This document shows, piece after piece, positions 10,514 to 20,000 of a DNA stretch of 53,394 bases. The stretch is taken from the IMG/VR virus record IMGVR_UViG_3300027757_000008, positions 1 to 53,394 of that record, one strand, 5' to 3'. The stretch comes from a virus. Taxonomy: Duplodnaviria; Caudoviricetes. Numbering within the stretch: the stretch's first letter is position 1; the number at the start of each line of letters is the position of its first letter. A program made the translations under genes and the position numbers. The notes under the pieces are model-generated. The model saw nothing but the letters and a program-made list of their open reading frames with translations. It did not search any database and was not told where the DNA came from.

Positions 10514-10535
10514 GAGGGGGGCCGAAACCCCCCTC
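10514..10535 (-). terminator. Terminator/stabiliser hairpin after the major capsid gene
   Basis: 8-bp GAGGGGGG/CCCCCCTC stem with TTTCGG loop, 20 nt after the MCP stop. Confidence 0.6.
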
Positions 10536-10555
10536 GATTTACCAAAAGGTTGAGA

Positions 10556-11848
10556 TTACTTCAACAATACGTGACGGTTAGCGGCACGCGTGATGAGGTT
10601 ACACTCAGAGCGGTAGTTGAACTGAACGCTATCCTCGGTTGCGTTAGACGCGCCCAAGATAGAACCAGTCATCCAGTGCTCCATTTCACGGCTGTAGCCG
10701 TTAGCGGCCTTGTAGTTCATCTCCAATGCGGGAGCCTTGTCACCAGTCTTAGGGTCAGAAACCTTAGTCATAGGAACAGCAACACCACGGAAAGAAGATT
10801 CAGCCAACAAAGTGGGGTCGTTCAACAATTTCCAGTCACGCTTGTGGAAGGTATAACCACCACGAGTGAAAGAACGGAAACCAAGAGCGACAGCCATCTC
10901 TTTGTCGTTGTTGAAAGAACCGAACTGACCGCTAACACCGTTAGAAGTCAAGGTACCAACACCAGCGGCCAACAAATCGTCGATAGCGAGGTCAGTATCA
11001 CGATTAACAAACATAGCGTACTCAGAAGCACCACCTTGCTTGTCCAACTCCTTAACGATAGCGTCAACGTGAGCCATCTCAGTGAAAAGGTCAGAAGAAA
11101 CAATACCACGGTCTTCAACTGCAGCGAAGTAACCTTCGGAACCAGAGATGCCAGCAACGGCAGAAGTGGTTTCACCCAGCAACAACATCATCTCACGCTT
11201 GTCCAAGAAACGCTTGCGCGTGTCACCCTCAGACTTCAAGTACCAACGGTAGTCACCGTTACCCAGGTCAATCCATCCGATGTTGGTGGCTTGAGAGCCA
11301 GAAACCTTGTAGGCTTCCTTCATAATCATAAATGGGTTGGTGCGCTTAACAACGTTAGACTCGTAACCACCAGTGGGTTGCTCAGTTCCTTGTGCATACA
11401 AGTTACCGATAACGGGCAACGCGGTGTCGGCCAAAGTGGAAGCCAACGTAGAGCCGTCCAAAGCAACCAACGTGATGTCAGCGCCAGAGATAGCAGAAAC
11501 GAAAGCACGAACTTCACCACCTACCAATACTACGTCGTTAACGCGAACGATAACAGCAGCAGCGGAAGCAGCAGAGAAAGTGTCGTCAGCAGAGAAAGAA
11601 CCTGCTTGCTTTTGGTGCAAACGAGTCTCTTCCCAGTAGGTAACCTCATCAGCAACGGCTTGCGACTTAACAGCGCCAACCAATTGGAGGAAACCAGTGA
11701 TGCCTTGCTCACCGTACGTCTTAACAAGAGCGTCGCGGTTATCAGGCTTGTTAATCTCATTGATGTAAGCACCAAGAGAGATGTACTTGTCCATAGACAA
11801 GTTCTTAATCATAGAAGGACTAAAGTCCGTAGGGCCAGTAAGTGCCAT
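10556..11848 (-). CDS. Major capsid protein (crAss-like HK97 fold), 430 aa
   Basis: YWEETRLH, SGSQATNIGWI, WYLKSEGDTRKRF, GSEGYFAAVEDRG, LGFRSFTRGGYTFHK.DWKLLND and FNYRSE motifs; strongly biased codons; follows an acidic scaffold-like gene. Confidence 0.85.
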   Translation of the reverse strand: MALTGPTDFSPSMIKNLSMDKYISLGAYINEINKPDNRDALVKTYGEQGITGFLQLVGAVKSQAVADEVTYWEETRLHQKQAGSFSADDTFSAASAAAVIVRVNDVVLVGGEVRAFVSAISGADITLVALDGSTLASTLADTALPVIGNLYAQGTEQPTGGYESNVVKRTNPFMIMKEAYKVSGSQATNIGWIDLGNGDYRWYLKSEGDTRKRFLDKREMMLLLGETTSAVAGISGSEGYFAAVEDRGIVSSDLFTEMAHVDAIVKELDKQGGASEYAMFVNRDTDLAIDDLLAAGVGTLTSNGVSGQFGSFNNDKEMAVALGFRSFTRGGYTFHKRDWKLLNDPTLLAESSFRGVAVPMTKVSDPKTGDKAPALEMNYKAANGYSREMEHWMTGSILGASNATEDSVQFNYRSECNLITRAANRHVLLK

Positions 11849-11874
11849 TTTTTCCTAATTTTAGAAATTTGTTT

Positions 11875-13017
11875 TTAAAACTTAATAGAGAGTGTATTGT
11901 CGCCTCCCCTCAGGGCGTCGAGAAGTTGTTTACGCACACGGTCCTCTGCGGATGGAGAATCGACCGACCCGGAAGAGGGAGCAGCGCTTGAGGGGTTTAC
12001 GGCCTCTTTTACTACACTACTCTGACCGTCACTAAGGCCCTGGCTATAAATAGCCTTTGCAATAGCATCGATATTATCTACTATGGCACGATGTGATGAC
12101 AGTTTGTTAAAGTCCCATTGACCGTCGTTTCCTACATATTGCACAAAGTAGTTCTCCAAGTCAGCATTACTCTTCTTTAGAGTATCCTTGTACTTGTTGT
12201 CCAATCCGAAATTGAACTCTTTGTCTCCGATATTGAATTTCAATGTTTGCATTGAATCCACCGTCTTCGACATTGTCGAAACCCAAGCGTCGTCAATCGG
12301 TGACTCGTATGACAACTCTGCGTTTGCTGTGTCGTCCATACGGGACCGCTCTGGCGCTCGATATGCTTCTCGGACTTTTTCAAGCCCCTCGCGAGCAGAT
12401 TGTGCATCCATTTTAAGTTGTAACTTAGCAAGTCGGACATCATTCTCGCTATGCTCGTCCTCATTAAGTTTATACTTTGCGTCCATTAGAAGTCGCGAAT
12501 CTTCGTCAGACAGGTCGGGATACTTCACCTTTAAATCGGCAATCATAACAGTCATATCGTCCATTTCAGACGGGTTGAATGACTGGTATGCAAACCAATC
12601 CTTAGCGCTTTTCCCAGTGGATGCAATGAAATTAGCAATAGCCTCAACTTCTGGGTCTAACTTTTGCGTTACTTCATCTGCCTCGCCGCTAAAAATATCC
12701 ATCAATTCATCTTTTGATAAGCCTTCAATGCCAACCATTTCGGATAGTGCTAGAAGTACATCATCATCAGATAAACTGACGGCTTGTTTTTCAGTCTGTG
12801 CAGGTTCAGATTGCTCTACGACTTCATTTGTAGTATCGCCTTCAATGTCCTGCACTTCCTGTGTGCTTTCACTTTGTTCAAGAACGTTAGGCTCTTCTTC
12901 CATTCCGCCAACAATTGGCTCGACGGCGGGTTCGGTGGCCTTTTCCTCACCCTCTTGTGGACTGCTAACCAGGTTTACACCAAGGCTTTCAGCCAAACTT
13001 TCTAGTTCACTAGACAT
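11875..13017 (-). CDS. Acidic scaffold-like protein upstream of MCP, 380 aa
   Basis: Glu-rich low-complexity N-terminus; TGKSAKDW, DAIAKAIYSQG motifs; synteny. Confidence 0.6.
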   Translation of the reverse strand: MSSELESLAESLGVNLVSSPQEGEEKATEPAVEPIVGGMEEEPNVLEQSESTQEVQDIEGDTTNEVVEQSEPAQTEKQAVSLSDDDVLLALSEMVGIEGLSKDELMDIFSGEADEVTQKLDPEVEAIANFIASTGKSAKDWFAYQSFNPSEMDDMTVMIADLKVKYPDLSDEDSRLLMDAKYKLNEDEHSENDVRLAKLQLKMDAQSAREGLEKVREAYRAPERSRMDDTANAELSYESPIDDAWVSTMSKTVDSMQTLKFNIGDKEFNFGLDNKYKDTLKKSNADLENYFVQYVGNDGQWDFNKLSSHRAIVDNIDAIAKAIYSQGLSDGQSSVVKEAVNPSSAAPSSGSVDSPSAEDRVRKQLLDALRGGDNTLSIKF

Positions 13018-13040
13018 AACATTTGATTTGATTAATAATG

Positions 13041-13103
13041 CAAATATAATAACTTTGTTTAAAACTTATTATTAAGTAAAAAATAAAGTTCCTTGCAAAG
13101 ATA
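13041..13103 (-). promoter_or_regulatory. Tandem Bacteroidota -7 promoters for the scaffold-capsid operon
   Basis: CAAATATA 13041-13048 and CAAAGATA 13096-13103 on + strand. Confidence 0.65.
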
Positions 13104-13115
13104 AGCAAAAAATCA

Positions 13116-13184
13116 TATTACTTAACTGAAGTAGTATTAACCGAGTAATACGAGGTTAATACGTACTAACAGAAGGAACCTTAA
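13116..13184 (+). repeat. Conserved hairpin element, copy 1 (copy 2 at 45040-45117)
   Basis: GTATTAACC-(11-nt loop)-GGTTAATAC followed by TACTAACAGAAGGAACCTTAA. Confidence 0.7.
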
Positions 13185-13195
13185 ATTACTACAGT

Positions 13196-13504
13196 ATGAA
13201 AAACATCTTGACCATCCTTATGCTGACCATAACGCTTTCTGCGTTCGGTCAGTCTAAAAAAAACGAAATTGTATTCGTTTACGAAAATGTCCCAACAGAA
13301 GTTGCGTTTGGAACCGTACACGGAAAACAAACTATGCGAATCATCCGAAAGGCTGATTCTTTCGAACAGCAAACATACGAGGGAAATGTTAATGTGTCTG
13401 TATGGACGGTAAAAAACTGTAAGCACACGTACAGCGTGTTTAGCGTTACAAACGCCGGAGCAGGAGCCACAACGCTATATACACTAATTAAGCACAAAAA
13501 TTAA
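13196..13504 (+). CDS. Hypothetical secreted protein, 102 aa
   Basis: Bacteroidota-type signal peptide MKNILTILMLTITLSAFG-Q. Confidence 0.6.
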   Translation: MKNILTILMLTITLSAFGQSKKNEIVFVYENVPTEVAFGTVHGKQTMRIIRKADSFEQQTYEGNVNVSVWTVKNCKHTYSVFSVTNAGAGATTLYTLIKHKN

Positions 13505-13653
13505 TGGCACCAAAATCAAAAGGTGGAGCAATTGAAAAACTGCTCAAAAAGTTTAAGATTAAACGAAAAGGAGTCCACGCAAAGACAAAAGAGTCTGACA
13601 ACAAGGCTTCAAAAAACTACAAAAAAAAGTATCGTGGACAAGGAAAACAGTAA
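13504..13653 (+). CDS. Small very basic protein, 49 aa (MAPKSKGG...KRKGVHAKTK...NYKKKYRGQGKQ)
   Basis: Below the ORF-track cutoff; ATG overlaps the upstream TAA; the GVHAK...Y.K.YRGQG pattern resembles small proteins I recall from Bacteroidota phage lysis regions. Confidence 0.65.
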   Translation: MAPKSKGGAIEKLLKKFKIKRKGVHAKTKESDNKASKNYKKKYRGQGKQ

Positions 13654-13819
13654 CTACGAGATGCTTATCGCCGAGCGATGGGCATCTCTAAGCGCAAAGC
13701 GCTTCGAAGACGAATCATTCAAGGAGTACAAAGAACGTATGCGAGGAACTAAACAACTGCTTAAAGCGTATATGCGCGGCCGCAGAATGACAGCAGAAGA
13801 ATATGCGAAAAGTAAATAA
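13634..13819 (+). CDS. Small hypothetical protein (~61 aa; GTG start preferred over 13523)
   Basis: KRFEDESFKEYKERM motif; fills the gap before the amidase. Confidence 0.45.
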   Translation: MDKENSNYEMLIAERWASLSAKRFEDESFKEYKERMRGTKQLLKAYMRGRRMTAEEYAKSK

Positions 13820-14270
13820 AGTAATTATCCACTGTTCTGCGACAGGCCCAGAACACGATATAGACGCAAAGGTTGTAGACGGGTGGCATAAAAAACGCGG
13901 ATGGAAGGGTATCGGATACCACTTCTTTATTAAACGCGACGGAGCCATTGAGTTCGGACGAGACATCAACGAAGTTGGTGCGCACACAAAAGGGCAAAAT
14001 CAAAACTCAATTGGCGTTTGTTATGCTGGAGGGGTAAAGCAAGAAGACCCAAAAACACCAGAGGACAACAGAACTGATGAGCAAAAGGCATCACTTGAGA
14101 TGCTATCACTGGCCCTGAAGTGCATCTTCCCTGACGTTACATTCCACGGCCACCGCGAATACGCGCCGAAGGCCTGCCCATCGTTTGACGTAAGTCAAGA
14201 AAACTACGGGTTCGAAAGTGAACGCTCACCAGAGCATTTAATCCGAGAGATTAAGAAGAAGATTAAATAA
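13803..14270 (+). CDS. N-acetylmuramoyl-L-alanine amidase endolysin (T7 lysozyme-like, Amidase_2)
   Basis: IIHCSAT, GW.GIGYHF.I, GAHTKG.N.NSIGVCY.GG, HGHRE..PKACPSFDV zinc-amidase motifs. Confidence 0.93.
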   Translation: MRKVNKVIIHCSATGPEHDIDAKVVDGWHKKRGWKGIGYHFFIKRDGAIEFGRDINEVGAHTKGQNQNSIGVCYAGGVKQEDPKTPEDNRTDEQKASLEMLSLALKCIFPDVTFHGHREYAPKACPSFDVSQENYGFESERSPEHLIREIKKKIK

Positions 14271-14293
14271 AGAAAGGGGCTTAGGCCCCTTTC
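14271..14293. terminator. Bidirectional terminator between convergent units
   Basis: GAAAGGGGC-TTAG-GCCCCTTTC inverted repeat. Confidence 0.7.
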
Positions 14294-14415
14294 ATATGTT
14301 TAAACATTTCCATTTGTTTAAGTCTTTTCTGAGCGGCTTTTTTTGTTGCATATTGTCCGAACTTTCGTCCAGACTCAGAGTATACAACATACTTCTCGCC
14401 CTGCTTCTTAATCAT
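14281..14415 (-). CDS. Small basic protein, 44 aa (MIKKQGEKYVVYSESGRKFGQYATKKAAQKRLKQMEMFKH)
   Basis: Read manually; ATG overlaps the upstream gene end; resembles a widespread small phage protein pattern (V.S..G..LG...T...A.KRL...E.FKH). Confidence 0.6.
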   Translation of the reverse strand: MIKKQGEKYVVYSESGRKFGQYATKKAAQKRLKQMEMFKHMKGA

Positions 14416-14569
14416 TGTCTTCAGTATACTTTGCGCAAATCTCATAAGATAGAGGCTTTGTTCCCTCCGTGGCTTTTTTAATCATTGCTACAGCCTCTTC
14501 AAGAGAACTTCCAGAAACTTCAACCTCTTCAACTCCTTTTGGGATTCCCAATCCTTTTACACTTTTCAT
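14408..14569 (-). CDS. Small hypothetical protein, 53 aa (MKSVKGLGIPKGVEEVEVSG...)
   Basis: Read manually; ATGA overlap with the upstream gene stop and 8-nt overlap with the next gene. Confidence 0.55.
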   Translation of the reverse strand: MKSVKGLGIPKGVEEVEVSGSSLEEAVAMIKKATEGTKPLSYEICAKYTEDND

Positions 14570-14820
14570 TTCTTTGCTCTGTTTTTTGATTTAGACATAA
14601 CACTCCAATTTGACTTTCGGTTGTCTTGTGGATTTCCGTTTTTGTGGTCTACATCTTTTCCATCTGCCTTAGACACTTTTCCCGCTTTTTCCATAGCGCG
14701 ACGAGCAGCATTTCGAGCAACTCGGTCTCCAACAGTTTTTTTGTTGTATTCAGTATCGTAAGCAGCCTTCTTAGCCTTAGCCTTGGGATTTTTGTCGTAG
14801 TAATCTTTTGACTTAGCCAT
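14566..14820 (-). CDS. Small HNH-like protein, 84 aa
   Basis: RNAARR....GDGKDVDH-like motif (DGKDVDHKNGNPQDNRKSN...NR), the short podoviral HNH pattern. Confidence 0.65.
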   Translation of the reverse strand: MAKSKDYYDKNPKAKAKKAAYDTEYNKKTVGDRVARNAARRAMEKAGKVSKADGKDVDHKNGNPQDNRKSNWSVMSKSKNRAKK

Positions 14821-15361
14821 TTCCGCGAGTGTTTGACAAAATTTGCTTGCCCATATTCGCTATCCTCTTCTGGTAGTCTAAGAACTTGTTCGGCGCTGTA
14901 GAGCCACGGCGAGCATAGTATTCTTCTCTTCGCCGACGAGTATCCTCTTCTCCAGAATAAGTTTCTCCGTGCTGAAAACCTTCGTCTCCAAAATCAACCC
15001 TAAAGTATCCACGTTTTTCAAGCGTAGAGATGTCGTCGGATTCTGGATTCGTCCCGTATTTTTGCTTGTATATTTCGTTCTTTTTTTTACGCACATTGAT
15101 GCGAGCAATATCCTCAGATGCCCGCTCTGCAGCCATTGCTTCTGATTCGGTCCCCGCCGTCTTGTTTGCCTCGAGCCTGGCCTCGGCGCTTGCCGTCTCT
15201 TCAGCGTTTACTCTAGCGTGATATGCGTCTTTCTGCTCAGTCGACATTGCATCATATCGAGAGCGAGTCATACGATTTTTCTCAGCGTTTCTTAGCGCCT
15301 GTGCGCTAAGGTTTGGTTTCTTTGGGTCTGGCATATCAAATAAGTTTTTTAAGTTCGGCAA
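14813..15361 (-). CDS. Hypothetical protein, 182 aa
   Basis: Open frame in a tightly overlapping operon; no motif recognised. Confidence 0.5.
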   Translation of the reverse strand: MPNLKNLFDMPDPKKPNLSAQALRNAEKNRMTRSRYDAMSTEQKDAYHARVNAEETASAEARLEANKTAGTESEAMAAERASEDIARINVRKKKNEIYKQKYGTNPESDDISTLEKRGYFRVDFGDEGFQHGETYSGEEDTRRRREEYYARRGSTAPNKFLDYQKRIANMGKQILSNTRGNG

Positions 15362-15707
15362 TCGTTTTGTCTTGTGCGTCGTTTACCGTCACTAAGTGTT
15401 GAACTTCAGATTCTAACTCCTCAATCTTTTTACGTTGTTTTGATATTCGAGTCTGCAATCCGTGAATGGTTGATTTCATATTTGAAATCTTATTGTTGGC
15501 ATCCTGCAACTGCAGCATAAGGCTCTCTCGAATCTCCTGATTCTCTTTTTGAACCTTAGCAAACATCTCTTGCGCTGCTTTTAATTCACCACGAAGCCAC
15601 AATACTTCTTCAGCAGTACTCTTTGTACGCTTATCCATATCGCTCAAGATAAGTTTCTTGAGCCAGTTAAGGATTATGTCCGCAAGGAAAGATAATAGAG
15701 ATTTCAT
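15336..15707 (-). CDS. Coiled-coil protein with hydrophobic N-terminus (possible lysis accessory)
   Basis: ATG 15707 lies downstream of the promoter at 15717-15724; N-terminal amphipathic helix followed by heptads. Confidence 0.5.
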   Translation of the reverse strand: MKSLLSFLADIILNWLKKLILSDMDKRTKSTAEEVLWLRGELKAAQEMFAKVQKENQEIRESLMLQLQDANNKISNMKSTIHGLQTRISKQRKKIEELESEVQHLVTVNDAQDKTIAELKKLI

Positions 15708-15716
15708 ACTTACTTG

Positions 15717-15760
15717 CAAAGATACTAAAAAAGAAAGGGGCTGGCTAACAAGCCAACCCC
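15717..15760 (-). terminator. Terminator fused to -7 promoter (TATCTTTG)
   Basis: Minus strand: GGGGTTGGCT/AGCCAGCCCC hairpin, T-rich tail, AG, TATCTTTG. Confidence 0.7.
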
Positions 15761-15857
15761 TATGAAGGAACCAATCTACTACAACTTAACCTTCTTCGTT
15801 TAACGAATTTAATATATGAAAATAATCAGTATATTTATAATAGTTTTTAAACAAAAA

Positions 15858-15884
15858 TGGGAGGTCCACATATGTGTCCTCCCA
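15858..15884 (-). terminator. Intrinsic terminator after the tail-fibre operon
   Basis: TGGGAGG...CACATATGTG...CCTCCCA hairpin followed on the minus strand by TTTTTG. Confidence 0.6.
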
Positions 15885-15905
15885 CTATTGAGTGTTTTGT
15901 TTGGG

Positions 15906-16175
15906 TTATTTTACAACCTCCATTTCAGCCTGACCCTCGCTGGTAAACTCACCAGTTTCTAGGTTAAGGCTTCCTGAGCCGTACTCCTCCTCAAGTGTCG
16001 CCATTAATTGCTTAATGTCGTCACCGCTGGAGCGCAGTTCGGCAGTCAATGCTTCTTGACGAGCAGCAATATCTAATGACGATACATATAATGCACCGAG
16101 TTCCATTTGGATTTGCTGTTGTTTTGCACGGATTTCACGAGCAGAGTTTAACTGCTCTTCTTTGACTTGAGCCAT
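15906..16175 (-). CDS. Small coiled-coil protein (possible tail-fibre chaperone), 89 aa
   Basis: LEEEYG...LNLETGEF C-terminal pattern typical of genes next to fibres in Bacteroidota phages. Confidence 0.55.
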   Translation of the reverse strand: MAQVKEEQLNSAREIRAKQQQIQMELGALYVSSLDIAARQEALTAELRSSGDDIKQLMATLEEEYGSGSLNLETGEFTSEGQAEMEVVK

Positions 16176-16207
16176 TTTAAATTAAATTAAAGTTAGTAAA
16201 AAAAATC

Positions 16208-16588
16208 TTAACAGTCAACTGCATCTTCGTACCCAGCCTGAGCCTTGAGATGAGCGTAAGCCTGAACAATGATGTCAGCGGCCTCAGCCTCAAGAGCGGG
16301 AGAGAAGTTGTAGTTAGTGCGATAGATGGGTTCAGCGTGTGCCTCACGAGTAGCCTCAGAAGCGTAGGTGGCAACCTCAAAGTTGCAACGAACAGCCTTC
16401 ACCCACACTTCGGTAGGAGGAGCGACCATAGGAGGTACAGGATTGCCGTTTTCGTCCAGTGAAGGCTCCGCAGGGGGGGCATACTGGAGTGTCTTAGAGT
16501 CATATGACTCATAGTTCAAACGAGTCACTTTGTGGTAGGCTCCGGTAAATTCCATACCGAACTTGTCTACTGTAGCGGTTACTGCCAT
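16208..16588 (-). CDS. Tail-fibre-associated protein, 126 aa
   Basis: C-terminal QAYAHLK...EDAVDC motif; position after the fibre genes. Confidence 0.55.
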   Translation of the reverse strand: MAVTATVDKFGMEFTGAYHKVTRLNYESYDSKTLQYAPPAEPSLDENGNPVPPMVAPPTEVWVKAVRCNFEVATYASEATREAHAEPIYRTNYNFSPALEAEAADIIVQAYAHLKAQAGYEDAVDC

Positions 16589-16608
16589 TGTTTTGTTTTT
16601 TGTGATTA

Positions 16609-16679
16609 CAAATATACAAATTATTTTTTAATTGATTTATCAATTGATAATCAAATACTGTGCAAATATACAAATTATT
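16609..16679 (-). promoter_or_regulatory. Duplicated -7 promoters flanking a palindromic operator-like site
   Basis: 17-bp direct repeat CAAATATACAAATTATT at 16609 and 16663; perfect palindrome TATCAATTGATA between them. Confidence 0.6.
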
Positions 16680-17064
16680 CACAAGAGTAAACGTCAATCA
16701 CCTTGCCATCCTCTCCTATCTGTAGAACCTTGGTTCCGGATGGATAGTAGTACCACTGATTGCCACCGTTAAAGATATTACGGTTACCATCGTAGATAAA
16801 TGTGTTTGCTGCTATTGGGTCAGTTGATGAGTAGAACGTTTCTGTTTCAAAACCGGGGCCATCAATACACCCGCTTTCCCCATCGCCCGCTCCTTCTATT
16901 GTCATAGTAAAGGCAGTAAGGGAAGAATACCCATAGAATTCAGAGATGCTGTCGGGGGTTGCAAAGCCAGCAAGCCCGGAGAGGGTCCGCAGGCTATTGC
17001 TTGCAGAACCCAACTCCGTTTTTATTTGGCTGATAGATAACGCTCCGCTACTTGGTAAGGCCAT
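16675..17064 (-). CDS. Putative tail-fibre tip/adhesin accessory protein, 129 aa
   Basis: MALPSSGALSISQI..ELG...SISEFYG N-terminus typical of genes directly after S74-chaperone fibres. Confidence 0.6.
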   Translation of the reverse strand: MALPSSGALSISQIKTELGSASNSLRTLSGLAGFATPDSISEFYGYSSLTAFTMTIEGAGDGESGCIDGPGFETETFYSSTDPIAANTFIYDGNRNIFNGGNQWYYYPSGTKVLQIGEDGKVIDVYSCE

Positions 17065-20000
17065 TGATTATCTCTTTTAGTTCGTTAATCTGCTTCTGCT
17101 GCTCCTTGATAGCCTCAATTAGTACTGCGGTGAGGTTACCGTAGGATACTGAATACATACCCTCATCGTTTTGCTTGACAACCTCTGGGATGACCTCAAG
17201 GATTTCTTGAGCGATGACACCAACCTTTGTTGAGGTGTCTTCGGAGTCTGTCCGGTTGTAGGTTACACCACGAAGTTTAAGGGTCTTGTCAAGAGCGTTC
17301 TCAATGGTCTGTACGTTGGTTTTGATGCGAGCATCAGAGTAAGCGGTTACATCGCCAGAAACTGTTAGATTACCAGCATTGCTCAATATCATCAACTGTG
17401 TAGATGCAGTATTGTTATACCAATCGTATCCACCAGTTCCAAAGTTTCTTTGCCGAGCAATACCAGCATCTTGGATTAAATTCCAATAGTTGGTTCCATC
17501 ACCCATATTTAAGCCACTTGACCAAGCAACGCCAGAGGCTCCCCCATTGTCAATCCAAAGTTTACGGAATTTTGATTGGCTATTTGGGTCGCAATAGTAA
17601 TTGGTATCATCGGAGTCGTAGAAGATTGGTGCCCTCATATCACTATGGGCCTGTATGAATCCATCCACACGAAGGTTTAAGTCACCGATATCTGAAGACA
17701 TACGGAACTCACCTGCGGCTCCATACATACCGATACCGTAGTATCCCCAATCGTTGTATCCAAAGCGTAGTTTACCTCCCCAAGATGAGCCGTTGTAGTA
17801 AGGAACAACAAAGTGGTTCTGAACCTCATCATACGTTATCTCACGGATTCGTGGGGCGTAGAAGTAAGTCTTACTACCAGACACAGAGCCATAACACGTT
17901 CCGCAACGCATATGTATGAACCGGGTGTTTTCGTGCATTACGCCATCTTGGCAGGCTGCTGCTCCCGGAACATTGTTAAGGAACGATTGTGCCGTAGCCC
18001 ATCTGTCAAATTCCGTTGGCCCTTGGTTAGAAAGAGTTCTCCAGTTCTTTAAACGAGCCGTTAACTTTACCCAAGTTCCACCAGTATTTGTCTTATCGCT
18101 GTGAAAGTATGGGTTGGATGTGATGGTGGCCCCATTAGAATCTTGTTCGTGCCAGCCCATATAGACGTGGTCATCTCCAGTGCTTCTAACCCATACGCTA
18201 AATTCGTAGTCTTTTTCTGGGTCTACGTCAACATACTCTGTACCAAACCAGTTGTAACAACCGTTATTCGCCCCTGTTCCGGTTGAAACGTGTGCGTGTA
18301 CAACGGAGCCGTCAATGAATTCTATTTCCTCGTAACTGCCAGAACCATTAACGCCCATATCGGTCATACGGTGGTTTAGCGTTGCGCCTCCAAGGTTTCT
18401 TGGGTACACCGTATAGAGCCTTGATTTACTATTGGGGTCAAGGTAATACGTTGCGTCAGCAGCGTCATAAAGAATTGAGGTCCTCAATGAGGCGGGTGCC
18501 CACACATTACCAGCGGTGTCAATTTTAAATCTTTCAGTTCCCCAGTTATCGTAATTTCCAGACATATCTGGGCGGTAGCCCATATCCTGTACGATTCGGA
18601 AGTTGTCATCAGCGGAACAGTATCCAATGTTCCACCTCGTGTTACTATGCCCGGTGCTAAACTGAATAGACGGTCTATCTGCTCCATTACTTGTTCCTAT
18701 GTGAAATCTCGCTACCTGACCCCAAGAGTGGTCTCCGTGACTGCTTTCAAAACTAAATGGGATATAGTTTGATGTAGCACTCTGAGTGGACCGGAACAAG
18801 GCAACGTGACCGAATGTGCTATTTGCACGGGAAGAAATTACTTCGTGATAATTGTATGTATAGTGATTGGTTACTCCAATCTCTGACATACGAGAGTAAC
18901 CAGCAAAGTCCCCGTAGTAGCCGGTGTCAGCAGAATCATAGAAGATAGGCGCACGGAATGAACCGGGTTCATATGTATAACTTGGATGTTTTTCTAATGG
19001 TGCGTTATCGGTTCCCCCAAACAACCTTGTTATGCCATTCCCAGCGTTATTGTAGCCAATATACATACCATCTGTATATGAGTTATTTCGTATAACTCGC
19101 ATATTGGCATATACATCATTGGTGGCGGTGTCAAAATTATTCCAAACCTCTAAATGATATAGTCGTGATGTAGCACTAGGGTTTAAATAATATCCGTTAT
19201 CATCATAGTCATAAATGATTCCAAGGTATGTTGCTCCGCTATTAATTATGTTTCCGCTTACACGCAAACCACCTTCAACGTGCAGTTTTTCGCTTGGATT
19301 CGTAGTTCCAATACCTACGTTGCCAGCATCGGTAATTCGCATTTTTTCTGAAACAGAACCACCACTTGCCTTGGTGCTAAAAGTCATATGACTATTTCCG
19401 CTTCCGGGCATAATTACTCTTAATGCAGCCCAAGTTTCATTATCTGTACCCGAACTTGTCCAAGTCCACGATATACCCGTTCCTACATCAGTATTTCCTT
19501 CGCTTGTTGTTAGCCTTCGTATCTGAATGGCATCATCGTTTACAGAAGCAAACGTAAGTTGTTTGTTTGGACTATTAGTGCCAATACCTACGCTGCCGCC
19601 AATAGTAACCGTACCTGAAGAATGTGAATTTCCATTCATAAAGAATTCGTGACCATTGCCGTTACTTGGGGCATTGCCAATATAAGTATGACCATAAATC
19701 CAGTTATCATTACCCGCAGTTGTGATTCCATTAGGGAAGTATGCAGAATTAGCGGTACCCCAAGGATTGCCAATACTAACATACCCTTGAGGAGCATTAA
19801 CATCATTTAGTCGGCTTGTACCATTTGGGTTTACATAATAACTGGTATCATCAGAGTCGTAGAAGATAGGGGCTCTTAAACTCCCTTCAAATTGAGAGTA
19901 TGAACGAGTTATTCTTCCTACAATATCATAATTACCAGTTCCTGCTGTTTTAAAGAACCAGCCTGTAGAGTCATTGCTTTCCGCATATTCAACAAATGTT

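Noticed and set aside
10457-11878. 473-aa plus-strand ORF, and similar ones at 12188-13075, 27813-28466, 3259-3777 and 49-822
   Set aside because: Antisense shadows of strongly codon-biased real genes; no motifs or initiation signals
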